This document shows, piece after piece, positions 50,876 to 53,836 of a DNA stretch of 53,836 bases. The first letter of the stretch is position 1; every line of letters starts with the position of its first letter. Source of the DNA: a virus. Lineage: Duplodnaviria; Caudoviricetes. Both the position numbers and the translations under genes were made by a program. The DNA lies in the IMG/VR virus record IMGVR_UViG_3300045257_000186, positions 1 to 53,836 of that record; one strand, written 5' to 3'. Below the pieces are notes generated by a model. The model did not search any database and had not been told where the DNA came from. It worked only from the letters and a program-made list of their open reading frames with translations.

Positions 50876-51796
50876 CCAACGCCGTTATTTTCCCCCGCAG
50901 CCACCTCGATAAATTCACGACCGGAACTGCTCAATCCTGGTCAAAAGTGAATTGGGCCAAAACCGTCAGGATCATTATGATCGGCGGCGGAGGTGCGGGC
51001 GGCGGCGGTCTTAGGAGCGGTGCAACAGGGAGTGGCGGCGGCGGCGGCGGCGGCGGTCTATTCCTCGACCGCACGTTTGCCGCGAGCCAATTGGGGACTA
51101 CCGAGACTTACACGGTTGGGGCCGCGGTTGTCGGCGGGGCGGGCGCTACCGGCGACACGCTGCCAGGAAACCAAGGTGCAACCGGCAGCTCAACGACTTT
51201 CACTATCGCCGGCCTCGGCATCACCATGACCGCCTACGGCGGCGGAGCCGGCGCGGGGGGCCAAGTAGGAGCAATCTCTGGCGGAGGTGGAGGCGCTGGG
51301 CGTGCCGGCGCAGGTGGCAGTGCCGTGACGTCGACGCAAGGCACAGCCGGTGCAGACGGTGGCGCTACAGGCGCGGTCGGCGGGGGTCCCAATCTCGACT
51401 TTAACGGCGGAGCCGGTGGGTGCAGCGGTCTCAATAGTGCCGCCGCGCCTACACAAGTTGGGCCTGTGGTTCGCGGCGGCGGCGGCGGCGGGGCTGGGTG
51501 TGGCAAAGGAACCGCCACGAATGGCACCGGCGCCACCGGCAACATTAGCCGCGACCAAGCAGGAGGCCTGCCCGGCGCCGCGGGTGTCAATGGCGGCACG
51601 GGAAAGCCGGGGTTTGGCTATCCCGGCAGCGGCGGCGGCGGTGGGGGTTCTGCCTCTGCGGCCGGCGGAACCGCCGGTGCTGGCGGCGACGGCGGCATCC
51701 CTGGCGGCGGCGGCGGCGGAGCCGGCGCAGGCGGCACAGGACATACCGGCGGGGCCGGTGGCACCGGAGCGAGGGGCGAGATTTGGGTTATCCAGT

Positions 51797-51804
<8 letters not shown>
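50872..51804 (+). CDS. glycine-rich fibre-associated protein, paralogue of previous gene
   Basis: Same architecture, 'MIGGGGAGG', 'GARGEIWV'. Confidence 0.75.
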
Positions 51805-53430
<1,626 letters not shown>

Positions 53431-53593
53431 TAAAACATGCTTATCCAATAAGGAGGCTAAAATGCACGTTGAATTTACTTGGTCAAAATGGACGCTCATG
53501 TTCACGCAGCAACAGACGCCTAGCGGGATAGATAAATGGCTGACGGTTGGTCCGCTTCACGTCAGATGGACTAGGAAAGATTAGGAGCCTCCC

Positions 53594-53830
53594 ATGTCAT
53601 TCCTCGGATTAGGCAGCGCGCCCGCACCGCCTCCGCCACCGCCGGCCCCTCCGCATCCGCCGACCATGGCGAGTTCGGCCGTGCAACTGGCCGGCCAGCA
53701 AGCGGCGGTTGAAGCGGCCGCAGCCGGAGGTGCCGGATTCTCGGATACCGTCAAGACCGGATCGCTCGGCGCACCGAAGCCGAGCACCACGGCCGGCGCA
53801 TCAACACTCGGCGGCACACCGTCAACCTAA
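53594..53830 (+). CDS. small Pro-rich virion protein of the type that precedes the portal gene
   Basis: AGGAG RBS; poly-Pro then 'GFSDTVKT..LG..TLGG'; a new ATG starts at the window end. Confidence 0.6.
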   Translation: MSFLGLGSAPAPPPPPPAPPHPPTMASSAVQLAGQQAAVEAAAAGGAGFSDTVKTGSLGAPKPSTTAGASTLGGTPST

Positions 53831-53836
53831 ATGGCC

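Noticed and set aside
50105-51760. GGC runs as additional GGY-NN arrays
   Set aside because: They have period 3 and encode poly-Gly; they do not have period 5.

Overview
About 54 kb of a podovirus-like tailed phage with a T7/P22-type tail and internal virion proteins. The host is probably an alphaproteobacterium, because GcrA and GapR-like genes are present. Gene order: tail adaptor, nozzle and internal virion genes (1-20.6 kb); fibre and lysis/secreted proteins (20.6-29.2 kb); a leftward recombination/anti-defence operon (29.3-33.7 kb); a divergent regulatory and early region (33.8-40.5 kb); terminase subunits (40.8-45.5 kb); and a large collagen/Gly-rich fibre cluster. Portal and major capsid genes are not in the window and probably lie just outside it. 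The main discovery is a stand-alone RAMP/Cas7-like gene (31751-32326, minus strand) flanked by arrays of GGY-NN pentamers, with two more arrays at 24742 and 35772. In three arrays, the variable NN dinucleotides read as codon positions 1-2 (third base skipped) spell a diverged allele of the gene next to that array. This suggests a non-CRISPR, RNA-guided, gapped-code system aimed at related competing phages. It resembles what I recall being described as VIPR systems, which I cannot verify here. Other oddities are a tail nozzle gene split by a ~3.7 kb insertion, three tail-adaptor paralogues separated by homing endonucleases, an Acb2/Tad1-like sponge, and at least 8 proteins sharing one N-terminal module. 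All family assignments come from motif recognition, not database searches.
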